64,000 bases of DNA. It comes from Felis catus (taxonomy: Eukaryota). The translations under genes were made by a program, and so were the position numbers. The stretch lies in contig NC_058383.1 in NCBI RefSeq assembly GCF_018350175.1, positions 6,140,001-6,204,000 on the forward strand, written 5' to 3'. Below are positions 62,340 through 64,000 of this stretch, one piece after another; the first letter of the stretch is position 1; every line of letters begins with the position of its first letter. The notes under the pieces were generated by a model. That model searched no databases. It was given only the letters and a program-made list of their open reading frames with translations, and was not told the origin of the DNA.

Positions 62340-62566
62340 TTTTTTTTTTTTAATTTTTTTTTTCAACGTTTATTTATTTTTGGGACAGAGAGAGACAGAG
62401 CATGAACGGGCGAGGGGCAGAGAGAGAGGGAGACACAGAATCGGAAACAGGCTCCAGGCTCTGAGCCATCAGCCCAGAGCCCAACACGGGGCTCGAACTC
62501 ACGGACCGCGAGATCGTGACCTGGCTGAAGTCGGACGCTTAACCGACTGCGCCACCCAGGCGCCCC
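62340..62566 (-). mobile_element. Can-SINE, young felid subfamily
   Basis: Perfect TSD taacttcaggatttt. Confidence 0.95.
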
Positions 62567-62589
62567 TAACTTCAGGATTTTCTGTATAT

Positions 62590-62618
62590 TTCTTTTCTCT
62601 TTTTCTTTCTTTCTTTCT

Positions 62619-62651
<33 letters not shown>

Positions 62652-62816
62652 ATGTGTTTATTTTGAGAGACACACTCAGAGAGAGAGAATCCCAAGCAGG
62701 CTCTATACTGTCAATACAGAGTCTGATGTGGGGCTCGATCCCAGGAGCCAAGATATCATGACCTGAGCCCAAATCAGGAGTCAGACACCCAACCGACTGG
62801 GCCACCCAGGCGCCCC
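62590..62816 (-). mobile_element. Can-SINE (older subfamily) with long T/(TTTC) tail
   Basis: Antisense body with agagaatcccaagc motif. Confidence 0.9.
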
Positions 62817-63395
62817 ATCCTCTTTTTCTTTTTGAAAGGTCAAACTACTTCCCTATCCAAAGCAGTCGCATTGAGTTAAGCTCAGCCATTAGTGAACGAC
62901 CTCTGCCACGTCACAGGCTAACATTTCCGTCATACAGCGTGCCCAGCTCATGGTGACTTTCCACTCTTTTCCCATAGTAAGTGTGAGAAGATTTTATCTC
63001 ACAACCCAGTGTGTCCACACAGTACATAGACAAGGCATCTGTGTGTGTAAACCACAGAGATAAAAGTTTTAAGAAGCAATACTCTGTTTTCTAATAGTTT
63101 TTTTTATGACATCATCTTTTAGATTGATTTCAAGATCCACAGTTTCAAAGATAGTTCCTTTTGGAAGGATATTTAAATTTTATTTTTTAGACCCAATTTT
63201 AATGACTTTCAGATTTTTAATATTGAGTATTAATGTCTTTCATAAGCATTTAAAAGGGGGTTTGACTAAATACTTAAAGCAAATTTGTTAAAAGAAATGT
63301 GAAGTCCTCCTGTATTAATAAAATGTGGTCCTTGTGTAGTGGATGGCACCGGAGTGTTGACGTCATCTGTGTGTGGCCTGTGTTCTCCACCGCAG

Positions 63396-63609
63396 GAGCA
63401 GCCTAATCAAGTCAACTATGGAAATATTTGCACGGGATTGGAAGTTCTGGGTTTCTTGCTCACCGTCTTGCAGTCTCCAGCCATCCTCAGCAGCTTCAAA
63501 CCTCTGCAGCGTGGGATCGCTGCGTGCATGACATGCGCGAACACCAAGGTTCTCCGAGCGGTCCATAGCCTTCTCTCCCGCCTAATGAGCATTTTCCCAA
63601 CAGAGCCAA
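63396..63609 (+). CDS. TRRAP: TRRAP exon ~46
   Basis: gcag|...|gtaggt; EQPNQVNYGNI...FPTEP(S). Confidence 0.94.
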
Positions 63610-64000
63610 GTAGGTGACCTTTGCTCTGGTGCCTCAGTGGATGGGAGGGCACAGAGCTTGTCACTCGAGAGTGCTCCTCCTCCAGTTACTATAGTGAGCG
63701 TTTACTTCGGGCTTTCCATCTTTCTTTGAAAAAAAATTTTTCTTGACCTAAGAACTTAACGGCGGCAGTCGTTGCATTATGTTTTTTGTTTTGCTTTGGA
63801 AATGCTGTTACTCATCAGCCGAACGTGACTTTCCTTAGGCAGTAAAGGAAGTTGGGTTACAGTGTTTTGTCCAATGTCAAACGGTCGAGGTCAAACTTTG
63901 GCATACTGTAAGTGAGTGGATCTTGGGTGCACTCCGGGAAAGCTCAGGGGATAAAACGTTGTCCCTTAGCTCTGTAAAGTCGGAATCCTCTCAGAGATGA

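Larger units (their letters stand above)
166..63609 (+). other. TRRAP: TRRAP gene, partial (44 coding exons, HEAT-repeat N-terminal half; gene extends beyond both window ends)
   Basis: Spliced exons translate in one frame from (P)DETKLKMMQEVSENFE to ...MSIFPTEP, matching the recalled mammalian TRRAP sequence; all junctions are GT-AG with compatible phases. Confidence 0.98.

Noticed and set aside
789..62766. Recurrent ORF family such as AQVMISRFVSSSPASGSVLTAQSLEP and GQRETEHERGRGRERGRHRIGNRLQ
   Set aside because: These are translations of Can-SINE copies in either orientation, not a protein family
166..63609. Minor (U12) or GC-AG introns
   Set aside because: All traced donors are GT and none has the GTATCCT/ATATCCT signature
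1..64000. CRISPR arrays, tRNA/rRNA genes, prokaryotic or viral systems
   Set aside because: None seen; tRNA-like A/B boxes belong to SINE heads, and all repeats are explained by retroposons, TSDs and microsatellites

Overview
Eukaryotic (mammalian) genomic DNA; the dense tRNA-derived carnivore SINEs of felid type indicate a cat-family genome. The whole window lies inside one + strand gene, TRRAP (PIKK-family pseudokinase scaffold of the SAGA and NuA4/TIP60 complexes). I traced 44 coding exons by hand (166..63609, 6600 nt, about 2200 codons). All introns are GT-AG and the reading frame is continuous, covering the N-terminal HEAT-repeat half of the protein; the start codon and the FAT/PI3K-like/FATC region lie outside the window. 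Exon numbers are provisional, assuming the first exon seen is the orthologue of human exon 3. The ORF track misses two notable things. First, the first ~80 nt are the 3' end of an intronic box C/D scaRNA: a (GU)n tract plus a 12-nt guide perfectly complementary to U2 snRNA, predicting 2'-O-methylation of U2 U47 (SCARNA28/mgU2-47). Second, there is an alternative-splicing cluster at 47.6-52 kb with a 54-nt cassette exon, a 21-nt microexon (PAMEGVE) and a speculative 13-nt poison microexon. The introns hold about 30 Can-SINEs (nested, serial and inverted arrangements), L1, L2, MIR, MLT1 and MER5 relics, and microsatellites. I found no evidence for a wholly new biological system. Comparisons with human sequences are from recall and need confirming by alignment.
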